Origin: an archaeon
GTDB lineage: Archaea; Nanobdellota; Nanobdellia; Woesearchaeales; GW2011-AR15
Assembly: GCA_043826135.1 (NCBI GenBank)
Contig: JBDRQT010000053.1
Coordinates: 4,266 to 68,265, forward strand
Direction of reading: 5' to 3'
DNA length: 64,000 bases
The notes under the pieces are model-generated. The model was given only the letters and a program-made list of their open reading frames with translations. It was not told the DNA's origin and did not search any database. The position numbers were made by a program, and so were the translations under genes. Below are positions 26,776 through 36,081 of this stretch, piece by piece. The first letter of the stretch is position 1; each line of letters begins with the position of its first letter.

Positions 26776-28767
26776 TTGATGAGAAAATTACTTTTTATTT
26801 TCGTAATTTTAATATTGATTTCATTCCCGGTCCCGGCAAAAGAACAAGCTGAAGATATATTCTATGCTGATACTCTTCTCCTTGATTTGAAGATGTCATC
26901 GTATTTTACATTAACTGGAAATTCTAACAAAATAGACTATGCAAAAGCAATAATGTATTTTTTCCCTGAAGAATCAACAACTCAGGAGGTGATATCTCTT
27001 GAGACTGTACCCAACGCAGAAACAAATATAGATTATCTTGAGTATTATTGGAACAATCCGATTGCAAAAAGATATGACTACAGCCTTGACTCGAATGTAA
27101 GAACTCATAACAGATTCACAAAAATCAGCAGCAAAATCAGATTTCCGCTCAGCGGCCTGGATAATGATGCAACTTATTATCTGCAAAAAACTAATAAAAT
27201 TGACATAAATGATGAAATAATCAAGAAGGCATCTGAACTTGCAGAAGGTGAAGATGACCTAAGCGTGATAGTGTTCAAGCTTGCATCCTGGACCAAGGAA
27301 AATGTCAATTACAGTATAACAACTGCGACAGCTGATGCCAGCCAGAAAGCTTCATGGGTTCTTCAGAACAGATATGGTGTCTGCGACGAACTTACCAACC
27401 TTTTCATATCATTTTGCAGAAGCCTGGGTATTCCTGCCAGATTTGTTTCAGGTGTATCTTACACAAATTCACAATTGTTTTCAAGCGAATGGGGTCTTCA
27501 TGGTTGGGCTGAAGTCTATTTTCCAGGCTATGGCTGGATACCTTATGATCCGACATACGGACAATACGGATATATCGATGCAGGCCATATAAAACTCAAG
27601 GATTCCCTTGATTCAGATAAATCATCCACCAAATTCGAATGGCAAGGAGATACCAATCTTGATACCGGAACAATGGACCTCCAGGTTGATGTTCTTGAAT
27701 ATGGCAAAAGGCTACCAAATTATGCAGACATAAGTCTTAGTTCGTTTGCAAAACAGGTTGGACCGGGAAGTTACAATATACTTAGTGCAGAATTTGAGAA
27801 CAAGAATTCATATTATATTGCATTTGAGGCAACGCTCACATCAACAAAAGAAGTCTCAAAAATAAGTCCAAATACAAAGTATCTGATAATGCCTCCTAAC
27901 TCAAAAAAAACAGTGCATTGGCTGGTCAAGGTGGATGGCAGTCTCAAAAAAAGTTATGTCTACACATTTCCTTTTGATATATCTACGTCACTTGGAGGAG
28001 ATGAAAAAAGCTCATTTACTGCTGCAGATAATAAAGTAATTTACAGCTTAAAACAGATGACAACTATCCTTAGTAATCTGGAAGAGCAAGAAAAAAAGAC
28101 TTATTCCGGCAGCTTGGATTTTCAGTGCAACTTTCCAAAAGCAGTCTATATCAATGACACCTTTGAAATTTTCTGCAATTTTGAAAACAAAGGAAATATC
28201 TTTTTGAAAAGCCTAAATGTGTGTATCTCAGGCTGCAGATCCATAGATATTGGCATCTCTCAAAATAAAAATATTACTTTTACTGAGAAATTATCTGACA
28301 AGGGAGATCAGGAACTCATCATCACTGTCAAAAATAAAGACGTGTCTGGCCTAAAAAAATTGGGTATTATTGTTGAGGATTATCCTAAGATTACTATCCA
28401 AAATATTGTTGTCCCAGATCCACTCAAGTATCAAGATTTTGAAATTGATTTTGATGTACTTAAAGAATCACTGAGTAATCCGAAAGACGCAAAGATAAAT
28501 GTTATTTTTAACGGTAGGGCAACTGAATGGAATCTGGCGGAGATTGATGCCACTCAGAAATACACTGTATCTCTGGATCCGACCAGCCTGGCTGCCAGCA
28601 ATAATAGGTTAGCCATCCAAGTAATATATCATGACAGGAACAATAAGATATACGAGGAAATCTATGAAAAAGACCTTGAGATAGAGAATCTTAATCTTTT
28701 TCAAAGATTCATACTTTGGATAAGCGGAGTGGAAAGATATTTCGAAAATTTGCTGCCATCATCATAA
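26776..28767 (+). CDS. secreted transglutaminase-like domain protein
   Basis: Signal peptide; GVCDE (Cys), GLHGWAEVY (His), WIPYDPT (Asp); RSLGIPARFVSG. Confidence 0.88.
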   Translation: MMRKLLFIFVILILISFPVPAKEQAEDIFYADTLLLDLKMSSYFTLTGNSNKIDYAKAIMYFFPEESTTQEVISLETVPNAETNIDYLEYYWNNPIAKRYDYSLDSNVRTHNRFTKISSKIRFPLSGLDNDATYYLQKTNKIDINDEIIKKASELAEGEDDLSVIVFKLASWTKENVNYSITTATADASQKASWVLQNRYGVCDELTNLFISFCRSLGIPARFVSGVSYTNSQLFSSEWGLHGWAEVYFPGYGWIPYDPTYGQYGYIDAGHIKLKDSLDSDKSSTKFEWQGDTNLDTGTMDLQVDVLEYGKRLPNYADISLSSFAKQVGPGSYNILSAEFENKNSYYIAFEATLTSTKEVSKISPNTKYLIMPPNSKKTVHWLVKVDGSLKKSYVYTFPFDISTSLGGDEKSSFTAADNKVIYSLKQMTTILSNLEEQEKKTYSGSLDFQCNFPKAVYINDTFEIFCNFENKGNIFLKSLNVCISGCRSIDIGISQNKNITFTEKLSDKGDQELIITVKNKDVSGLKKLGIIVEDYPKITIQNIVVPDPLKYQDFEIDFDVLKESLSNPKDAKINVIFNGRATEWNLAEIDATQKYTVSLDPTSLAASNNRLAIQVIYHDRNNKIYEEIYEKDLEIENLNLFQRFILWISGVERYFENLLPSS

Positions 28768-28800
28768 ACATTAAATAGTCTAGGTGTTTCATTTTAACTG

Positions 28801-29568
28801 ATGTTTATCAACAATATTAATCCTGATATTGCAACAATTGGGCCGTTCTCCATCAGATTCTATGGGATTGTCTATGCTGCTGGATTTCTCCTGATTAATT
28901 ATCTGCTCGTCAAACTTGCTGAAAACAAAAAAATAAAGAATCTGACAAAAGACAGGGCCGAGAATATCACAATGCTAGCGATTGTCTTCGGAATTATCGG
29001 CGCCAGGCTGTTTCATGTGATAACTGATTTCCAGCTATATAGATATGATTTAATTGGGATATTTGAAGTCTGGAAAGGCGGCCTTGGCTATCACGGAGGC
29101 ATCCTTTTTGGAGGAGCTGCAATCTATTTTTACTGCAAAAAGTATAAAATCAATATCTTAGAGATCCTGGACAATATTTCAATTCCACTAGCGTTAATAA
29201 CCACTTTCGGGAGATTAGCAAATTATGTCAATAGCGAAATGTACGGTGCTCCTACTAATCTTCCATGGTGCGTCATCTATCAGCGGATCGATGATATATG
29301 CAGGCATCCCACTCAGATCTATCAGGCAATCTCCATGCTCATATTATTTTTACTTTTGGTTTTCATAAGCAGGCAAAAATACAGCAAAAAAAACGGCGTA
29401 CTATTCTGGTCATTCATAACCTTATATGGATCTTTAAGGTTCATCACTGATTTCTTTAGGTTTGATTACCACATTTTTTTCCTTGGCCTGAGCCTGAGCC
29501 ATCTTCTAAATTTACTTATGGTCATAATTGGAATTTATTGTCTATCAAAATTAAAGGTGAGAAAATGA
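28801..29568 (+). CDS. lgt: prolipoprotein diacylglyceryl transferase
   Basis: IRFYG, GARLFHV, WKGGLGYHGG, GRLANYVNSEMYG, HPTQIY. Confidence 0.93.
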   Translation: MFINNINPDIATIGPFSIRFYGIVYAAGFLLINYLLVKLAENKKIKNLTKDRAENITMLAIVFGIIGARLFHVITDFQLYRYDLIGIFEVWKGGLGYHGGILFGGAAIYFYCKKYKINILEILDNISIPLALITTFGRLANYVNSEMYGAPTNLPWCVIYQRIDDICRHPTQIYQAISMLILFLLLVFISRQKYSKKNGVLFWSFITLYGSLRFITDFFRFDYHIFFLGLSLSHLLNLLMVIIGIYCLSKLKVRK

Positions 29569-30302
29569 TAAAATTTTTTGCAGGCAATTGGAAGATGAAT
29601 AAAAATAAGGAAGAAGCTGCAACTTATATGAGGAAATTTAAGCAGCTTGTCCAAGATACCAAATCCGAGATTGTTATTGCTCCTCCATTTACATTGCTTG
29701 AGACAGTGTCCGACGCATGTAAGGGATCAAAGATCAAAGTGGCAGCACAAAATATCTACTTTGAGAGTGATGGTGCTTATACAGGAGAAATATCCTCAGA
29801 CATGGTCAAAGATTTTGCAGAATACGTTATCATTGGACATTCTGAGAGGCGAAAATATTTTGCTGAAACTGATGAAATGATAAACAAAAAAATTAAGGCA
29901 GCACTCTTAGCCGGCCTTAAAGTAATATTCTGTTTAGGAGAAAATCTAACCCAGCGAGAAAAGGGGGATGCAAAAAAAGTTGTCGAGCACCAACTTCTCG
30001 GTGGACTGAAAGACCTAAATGAACTAAATGACATTATTATCGCATACGAACCTGTGTGGGCCATTGGGACAGGAAAGAATGCGACTCCTGAACAAGCTGA
30101 AGAAATCCACGCCTTTATCAAGCTTCAAATTTCAAAATTTTACGGGAAATCTATGGCAAATGGAGTAAAGATAATTTATGGCGGCTCAGTGAACCCTGAA
30201 AATTCTAAGGCTATCCTTAAGATGAAAAATATTGACGGATGCCTTCCTGGCGGTGCAAGTCTTGATCCGGTAAAATTCAGCCAGATTATTCATTCTGTTT
30301 AG
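29565..30302 (+). CDS. tpiA: triosephosphate isomerase (bacterial type)
   Basis: AGNWKMN, GAYTGEIS, IGHSERR, AYEPVWAIGTG, YGGSV, GGASL; ATG 29565 behind GGTGA. Confidence 0.97.
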   Translation: MIKFFAGNWKMNKNKEEAATYMRKFKQLVQDTKSEIVIAPPFTLLETVSDACKGSKIKVAAQNIYFESDGAYTGEISSDMVKDFAEYVIIGHSERRKYFAETDEMINKKIKAALLAGLKVIFCLGENLTQREKGDAKKVVEHQLLGGLKDLNELNDIIIAYEPVWAIGTGKNATPEQAEEIHAFIKLQISKFYGKSMANGVKIIYGGSVNPENSKAILKMKNIDGCLPGGASLDPVKFSQIIHSV

Positions 30303-30310
30303 CATTAATA

Positions 30311-30339
30311 AAGGATATGCATTTCCGTGCATATCTTTT
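30311..30339. terminator. hairpin between convergent tpiA and pilin-like genes
   Basis: AAGGATATGCA-tttccg-TGCATATCTTT stem with A/T flanks. Confidence 0.45.
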
Positions 30340-30489
30340 CGTAAGAGCGCAATGGAGCACGGATTAAAAAAAGATAAATGAGGGTAAAAAACACGATAAT
30401 ATTTGTGGTCGCCTGTATTGATTCTTAGCTCCCTATGCAGCGACATGGTTCAATTTATAATCAAAAAAATAATTGCAGGAAAAAATATC

Positions 30490-31059
30490 TTACTTCACAG
30501 TCACGCTAATCTGCTGTGTCGGTGCATATAGTGAGGGATGTCCTGAGTCGCATTTATCATCAGTATTATCATTAGCATTCAGACACACATTGACATTGAA
30601 GGTGTAGGTGCCGCTTTTGATGCCTCGTGGAGGCCTTATCGGAACCTCAATCACTGTATCATCATTGTTCTCAAGCTCAATTGTCGCGAAGTCAGTGAAG
30701 GTCCAATCTTTTAAAGTGACTGAATTGATTGTCTGGTCATCCAAGGTCAGGCCCCGTCTGAAAGTCACATGCAATTTGAACTCCTTTGTCTGTCCATAGA
30801 TATTGTTTATCACAACACCAAATGAAGTTGTCTTCAGTGTCTCTGCATCCCCCTTAGTCTTTGGGATGCATACCCTATCCCCACGCTGCACACAATTCTC
30901 TCTTTCGACCTCAAAGTAGTCGGGTAGACCCATCTTGGTAATTTCCCCTGAAGCCTTGAAGATGCTTGCAGCAAATATTAGGCCAAGTGAAAGAAGAATA
31001 ATACCTAGTATTATTCCAACCAGGTAGTTTATTGCAAGTTCCATTCCTTTCTTGTTCAT
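30490..31059 (-). CDS. class III signal peptide (pilin-like) protein
   Basis: MNKKG/MELAINYLVGIILG prepilin-type cleavage motif followed by a hydrophobic helix. Confidence 0.78.
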   Translation of the reverse strand: MNKKGMELAINYLVGIILGIILLSLGLIFAASIFKASGEITKMGLPDYFEVERENCVQRGDRVCIPKTKGDAETLKTTSFGVVINNIYGQTKEFKLHVTFRRGLTLDDQTINSVTLKDWTFTDFATIELENNDDTVIEVPIRPPRGIKSGTYTFNVNVCLNANDNTDDKCDSGHPSLYAPTQQISVTVK

Positions 31060-31286
31060 TTTACGATTTCATACTCCTTTATCAGCAGGAACATGAACAG
31101 CATCAGGATGATTGCTCCTCCAAAAAGGAATGATATCCCTCTGATGAACATCTCTCCGGACCCTGCTAAAAGTATGTAGAAACCATACGCCATAATAGCC
31201 AGTCCCATCCACAAAAATTTATCCAAAACAAGTTTGAGAATCTCAAATTCTTCTGCTTGGGTTAGTCTTTTCTTCATTTTGAGCAC
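31056..31286 (-). CDS. small two-TM membrane protein
   Basis: EFEILKLVLDKFLW followed by two hydrophobic helices; overlaps the next gene. Confidence 0.7.
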   Translation of the reverse strand: MLKMKKRLTQAEEFEILKLVLDKFLWMGLAIMAYGFYILLAGSGEMFIRGISFLFGGAIILMLFMFLLIKEYEIVK

Positions 31287-31328
31287 CTCAAAATTGAGAC
31301 TACGAACACTAGTGAGTTTGTTTTCATT

Positions 31329-31868
31329 TTACTCCACCTCTATATCAAGATACAGAATTTTTTCCACATTGGATCCGGAGCATGCTCCTTTTACTGAAAC
31401 TTCATACCTGTAGGTTGTTGTCAGCGCAGCGTTCTTTGGAGTTACTTCTATCGGAACAATTGTCTTTTCTTTTGCCTTGACATTTTGTGGGCTAAACGTG
31501 ACAAGTTTTATGTCTGAACATCTATTTCCTGTTGATTCTCCAAGCACCTGGCATTTTGTCCCTTTTTCTCCGATATCAATAGAAAGATCAACATCGCAGT
31601 CTAACCTGTTATTCAGAACCAATAGGTTTTTCTCGAGAGAATTCCTCTTAATCGCCATTGTTGTAAATTCAAGGCATGCGGGGTCTTGACATTTTTGCAT
31701 TAGTTGACTTTTCCGATCTTCTCCAATACCAGCAAGGCTCTTATCCAGCTGGACCGTTGCTCCGCCAAAAGTCTTATTGATAAACGTCAACCCAAGGCTA
31801 AGCATTGTCACCGCCAAAATCAAAACCACTATAGAATTTATCGAAAGGTCCAAAGACGCTTTTTTCAT
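31329..31868 (-). CDS. class III signal peptide (pilin-like) protein
   Basis: MKKA/SLDLSINSIVVLILAV; GAGGTGG RBS before ATG 31868; similar to 30490-31059. Confidence 0.78.
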   Translation of the reverse strand: MKKASLDLSINSIVVLILAVTMLSLGLTFINKTFGGATVQLDKSLAGIGEDRKSQLMQKCQDPACLEFTTMAIKRNSLEKNLLVLNNRLDCDVDLSIDIGEKGTKCQVLGESTGNRCSDIKLVTFSPQNVKAKEKTIVPIEVTPKNAALTTTYRYEVSVKGACSGSNVEKILYLDIEVE

Positions 31869-31970
31869 TATTCCACCTCTTTTAAGCATTATTAAATCAC
31901 CATGTTTTGGAGTTTTTAAACTTTTCTAATAGGAAACTTTAAGAATGACAACCAATACCTCAGTTTTTTA

Positions 31971-32534
31971 ATGGATAAAATCCGAGCTAAACTCAAGAAA
32001 ATATTCACTCTCAAGCGTGTTCTGTTCGTTACTATTTTCTTCATTGCCTGCCTCGCCTGGTTCAAATATATTGCAGGAATCATACTAGTGGTGATATTTA
32101 CACCAATTACAATAATGATCATCAGATACAGCAGATTCATACCTCATGTGACAGCTGACAATAACCTCGCTTTTGCATGCCTCATGGGCTTTCTTTTTGG
32201 ACCTGTCATCAGTGTTCTTTATGCACTTATAGTTGGTATGATCTCATTAGTGGTTAATAGCCATGTAAAAATACCAAGCCTTGCCAGCCTTATGTTAGCT
32301 GCCGTTGGAAGCGTCTTTTGTACACTTCTTGGAGCACAATTCCATATGTCTTTTAGTACCTCTTTCATGATTGTTGCAGTTGTGAGAACCTTTGTGGCTT
32401 TGCCTATATTTAATCTGCTCGGAGTCAGTCCAATCGAGAACATAAGTCACCAGACATCGCAAATGCTGTGCAATCTTATTATATATCTTCCATTGCTTAG
32501 TCTACTCTATAAAATCATCGCGCCTTTTGTGTAA
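31971..32534 (+). CDS. multi-pass membrane protein (ECF S-component-like)
   Basis: About 6 hydrophobic helices; similar size and layout to 19348-19905. Confidence 0.65.
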   Translation: MDKIRAKLKKIFTLKRVLFVTIFFIACLAWFKYIAGIILVVIFTPITIMIIRYSRFIPHVTADNNLAFACLMGFLFGPVISVLYALIVGMISLVVNSHVKIPSLASLMLAAVGSVFCTLLGAQFHMSFSTSFMIVAVVRTFVALPIFNLLGVSPIENISHQTSQMLCNLIIYLPLLSLLYKIIAPFV

Positions 32535-33069
32535 GAAAATCAGCAACCTTCCTGAATGCAATCGCCCGATGAGATATCTTGTTTTTTTCATCCCTGCTGA
32601 TGCCGGAGATCGGTTTGCCGTCTAACATTAGTATACGCTCATATGGTAGGACATCCTTATCCTTATCGTACACCTGAGAAGCTGCAATGCATTTTAGTGA
32701 CCCGGAAAATGTTGTGACTATTCCTTGGTCGCAGTATGAGACTACAGTCCTGAATTCAGCGTTCCTGTCTTCCCCATCCAGAAGTTTCAGAAGTCCTTTG
32801 TAACCTAGCAACTCAAATATCAATTTGGGGTGATTGCCTGGAAAATTCGGAAAAGCTGAGAAAAAAACACCAGTATCATCGACAATTACAGGCTTATTAT
32901 ACTTCTCATTATACATTTTAGCATTGAATTCTGCTGTCTCCAATAAGTCCATCTCCTTGGTCTCGATCTTCTCGTCAGCAATCTGCTTAATCTCAATTCC
33001 ATATTCTGAAAATACTGCTCTTGCCTCTTCAACTTTGTGTTTATTTGACGTAACTATGAAAAGTTCCAT
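32515..33069 (-). CDS. non-canonical purine NTP pyrophosphatase (Ham1/RdgB family)
   Basis: VTSNKHKVEE, VDDTG, FPG and KNKISHR motifs; start at MELF 33069. Confidence 0.92.
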   Translation of the reverse strand: MELFIVTSNKHKVEEARAVFSEYGIEIKQIADEKIETKEMDLLETAEFNAKMYNEKYNKPVIVDDTGVFFSAFPNFPGNHPKLIFELLGYKGLLKLLDGEDRNAEFRTVVSYCDQGIVTTFSGSLKCIAASQVYDKDKDVLPYERILMLDGKPISGISRDEKNKISHRAIAFRKVADFLTQKAR

Positions 33070-33164
33070 GACCAGATGCAAATCAACGCGATATTTAAGG
33101 TTTAGGTTGCATCCAAAGCCGCAAAACACAACAATATAAAAGCTGCACCAGTTTCCAAATTGAT

Positions 33165-34154
33165 ATGAATTTCCAAAACCTTCAAAATATTGAAACTGCA
33201 GATAAATATCTTGACATGGCTTTTGCTAAAGCTTCTAAAAAAAGTGCTGAACTCAGGAAGAACTTTACAGGAGACAGACTAAAGAAATCCAAGGATATAG
33301 AGACTGAAAAACTAGACATTATAAATAATGTGCTGTGCGACCAGCTGACAAAAATATTAGATTCGTTTCCAAGCATAAATCAGTTGGATGATTTTTATCA
33401 AGAACTGATTAAGATAACACTTGATTATGTCTATCTCAAAAAATCGCTTGGCTCTATCAAATGGGCCGTCGACAGGACAGATAATCTTTTTAGGATATAC
33501 AGAGGAAAAATTGCCAATACTGCTGACATAAAAAAAATAAATTCATACAGACAGGAATTCTATGGTCGAGTATCCAGCGTGATGAAACAGATAAAGAAAT
33601 TTTTGGAATATGTTGAACATGCACGAAAAGTCATGAAAGATTACCCAAGCATCAAAACTTCAATGCCATCTGTATGCATATTTGGTTTTCCAAATGCGGG
33701 CAAAAGTACTCTTCTTAAAAAACTCACTGGCGCAAATCCAGAAATAAAAGCGTATCACTTCACAACAAAACAACTGAATCTTGGGTATATTGACCTCAAG
33801 ACAAGAAAAATCCAGGTCATCGATACTCCAGGTACTTTAAACAGGCAAAAGATGAATCTCATAGAGATGCAGGCATATCTTGCAGTCAAGCATCTTGCAA
33901 GCATGATAGTGTATGTCTTTGATCCAAGCCTTGAGATACCCCTAAAAGACCAGGAAAAACTGCTCAAGAACCTGAAATCAGAATTTAAGACTGAAATTGT
34001 GCTTTACCTGAGCAAGACTGACGTCGCTGACGCAGATATAATTAAGGAGATCAAAGAAAAACATCCGACGATAATGTCACTGGATGATTTGAAAGAATAT
34101 ATCATTAAAAACACAGTAATAAAGAAATCAGAAACAAATAAATTAGAAAATTAA
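33165..34154 (+). CDS. NOG1-family ribosome biogenesis GTPase
   Basis: GFPNAGKS, YHFTTK, DTPG, SKTD; helical NOG1-like N-terminal domain. Confidence 0.9.
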   Translation: MNFQNLQNIETADKYLDMAFAKASKKSAELRKNFTGDRLKKSKDIETEKLDIINNVLCDQLTKILDSFPSINQLDDFYQELIKITLDYVYLKKSLGSIKWAVDRTDNLFRIYRGKIANTADIKKINSYRQEFYGRVSSVMKQIKKFLEYVEHARKVMKDYPSIKTSMPSVCIFGFPNAGKSTLLKKLTGANPEIKAYHFTTKQLNLGYIDLKTRKIQVIDTPGTLNRQKMNLIEMQAYLAVKHLASMIVYVFDPSLEIPLKDQEKLLKNLKSEFKTEIVLYLSKTDVADADIIKEIKEKHPTIMSLDDLKEYIIKNTVIKKSETNKLEN

Positions 34155-34672
34155 AGCTTCTTTACTGCTACTGTTGTAGTCATTGGCAGTTTGTTGTTTG
34201 CTCTTCTGAATGCTTTTCTTGCGAGATCTATTCCATTTTCATTCACATAAGCAGACATTACAATCTGGCCAACCTTCAATTGAGCTGAATTTCCGACTGG
34301 TTTTCCAAAAGAATGTGCCATACCTGATGAGAACCTATCTGCTCCTGCTCCTGAAGCAAGTGCATGCTCTCTGACGACATGGTGCGGATATACTCTCACC
34401 TGAAGCCTAAATCCAACTTTTCCAAGCACTTTTTCAAGTGTTCTGTTCGCAGTTGTCCTTGCGGCTTCTATACCATTATCCCTGGCTTGAACATGTTCTT
34501 TTGAGCATAAATCTACTCTGTATTTGAAATCGGATGTAAGATTACCTACGTTAAACTTTACAATCTTGCAAACAGGTGCCCCTCTGACAAATGATTTTTT
34601 CCTGTATTTTGATTTCCTGGTATTAGGCCTTTCTATATTTCTGCAGGTACACCCTTTTCTGATTTTTGCCAT
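34151..34672 (-). CDS. rpl10e: 50S ribosomal protein L10e/uL16
   Basis: EAARTTANR, RVYPHHVVRE, GAGADRFSSGMAHSFGKPVG. Confidence 0.96.
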   Translation of the reverse strand: MAKIRKGCTCRNIERPNTRKSKYRKKSFVRGAPVCKIVKFNVGNLTSDFKYRVDLCSKEHVQARDNGIEAARTTANRTLEKVLGKVGFRLQVRVYPHHVVREHALASGAGADRFSSGMAHSFGKPVGNSAQLKVGQIVMSAYVNENGIDLARKAFRRANNKLPMTTTVAVKKL

Positions 34673-34775
34673 ATGACCTGAAGAAAAACTAGTGATTTAA
34701 AAAGCTTTTGATACTAAAATACTTACAGAGCAAAAACCTTTTAAACCCCAACCTTTCCCAAAAAACAGGGGTGAT

Positions 34776-35462
34776 TTGTTGAATAGCAAAATTGCACTTG
34801 CAGTGATATTCGTATTTTTTTTCAACGATGCTTTTGCTGTAAATCTCTATTATGGGAATTATAATGAAAACATTCTCTCAGATTATATTGATATCCCTAT
34901 TGTTGCTGTCACAATAGATGAGACTACTGGAATTATCGGCCAGTGCAGGATAGGCATCATAAATGAAGGCGAAGACGGCCTTATATTTGATGAGAGAACT
35001 CCGCTTGACGATAGCGCCATGAGAGCTGCCTTGGATGCCTACTCTTTTGCGCAAGGATATACAGGCAAAAGGCTTACCTATTTTATTTCATATGATCTAA
35101 ACACCCGATCGGTGTCGGGAAGCAGCACAGGAGCATCAATCGCATCGGGCATGATAGCTCTCGCCATGAACAAATCATATAATCAGGATTATATTATCAG
35201 CGGAGCTGTATCTCCTGCCGGTGATATGCTTGAAACAGGAGGGCTTCCAATCAAGATTCTTGCAGTTGCATCAACGACGCCTAAGATGATAATGCCAGAG
35301 CAAGATGAGTATATATATGAAAAAAGAGAAATAGATGGAAAAGAATTCATATATGCAAGAAAATTTAACCTAACTGGATATGCTGCAATTGCTGGAGTGA
35401 GTCTCATAAAAACAGAAAACCTCCTGAATATGCTGCCGATTATCCTTAATGCAAAGGTTTAA
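34776..35462 (+). CDS. secreted Lon-type (S16) protease domain protein
   Basis: Signal peptide; SGSSTG and GGLPIKI match the Lon Ser-Lys dyad motifs. Confidence 0.75.
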   Translation: MLNSKIALAVIFVFFFNDAFAVNLYYGNYNENILSDYIDIPIVAVTIDETTGIIGQCRIGIINEGEDGLIFDERTPLDDSAMRAALDAYSFAQGYTGKRLTYFISYDLNTRSVSGSSTGASIASGMIALAMNKSYNQDYIISGAVSPAGDMLETGGLPIKILAVASTTPKMIMPEQDEYIYEKREIDGKEFIYARKFNLTGYAAIAGVSLIKTENLLNMLPIILNAKV

Positions 35463-35505
35463 ATGATATTATATAATCCTAAAGTGCTTAATAAGGTGGG
35501 GTAAA

Positions 35506-36081
35506 TTGAGCTGGACAAAAATTGCTGATTCAAGTGAACTGATTGTCTTTGAAAATGATCTTAGTAGCCATAAATTCAAGATCGAAGCCCGAAGGATAGA
35601 TAATGGTTGGGAGGTTTTCAAGACTAAGATAGAAGGTACAAAATCAAACCTTATATCAGAACACCTACTCGAGAATAAGCATGATGCTCTGCTGCTTATT
35701 GATAAGCTGAAGGAAGACAAATCAGAGGAGCCTGAGAAGAAAACCGCACCCATCCTTTCTCTAAAAAGAGTATACAAGGAAGAATTTACTGAAAAATGGT
35801 TCTTTACCCTGGACAAGGATAATTTCAAGAATTTCGTGTTCATCAAGTATGACAATTATATCAGGGCTGATGTCGTGATGCACGAAAGCTATGCACTCAA
35901 GGAAAAAGCAATCATAAGCCAGATAGAAGAAAAGCTTGGCCTAAAAGAATTCGGAGAAGCTACGCTCTATGAGATTTATTATTTCAAGAGATACAACAAG
36001 ACTGCTGAAAAAAAGCTAAATTTCCCTGAGATGAACTTCATGGATATGGAATTTGATTTTTCAGACGAAGAATATTACTAA
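35506..36081 (+). CDS. hypothetical protein
   Basis: 191-aa ORF, TTG start behind GGTGGGG; acidic C-terminus. Confidence 0.7.
   Translation: MSWTKIADSSELIVFENDLSSHKFKIEARRIDNGWEVFKTKIEGTKSNLISEHLLENKHDALLLIDKLKEDKSEEPEKKTAPILSLKRVYKEEFTEKWFFTLDKDNFKNFVFIKYDNYIRADVVMHESYALKEKAIISQIEEKLGLKEFGEATLYEIYYFKRYNKTAEKKLNFPEMNFMDMEFDFSDEEYY

Noticed and set aside
35469..35855. 128-aa minus-strand ORF
   Set aside because: Shadow of the 35506-36081 gene, which has an RBS and more protein-like composition
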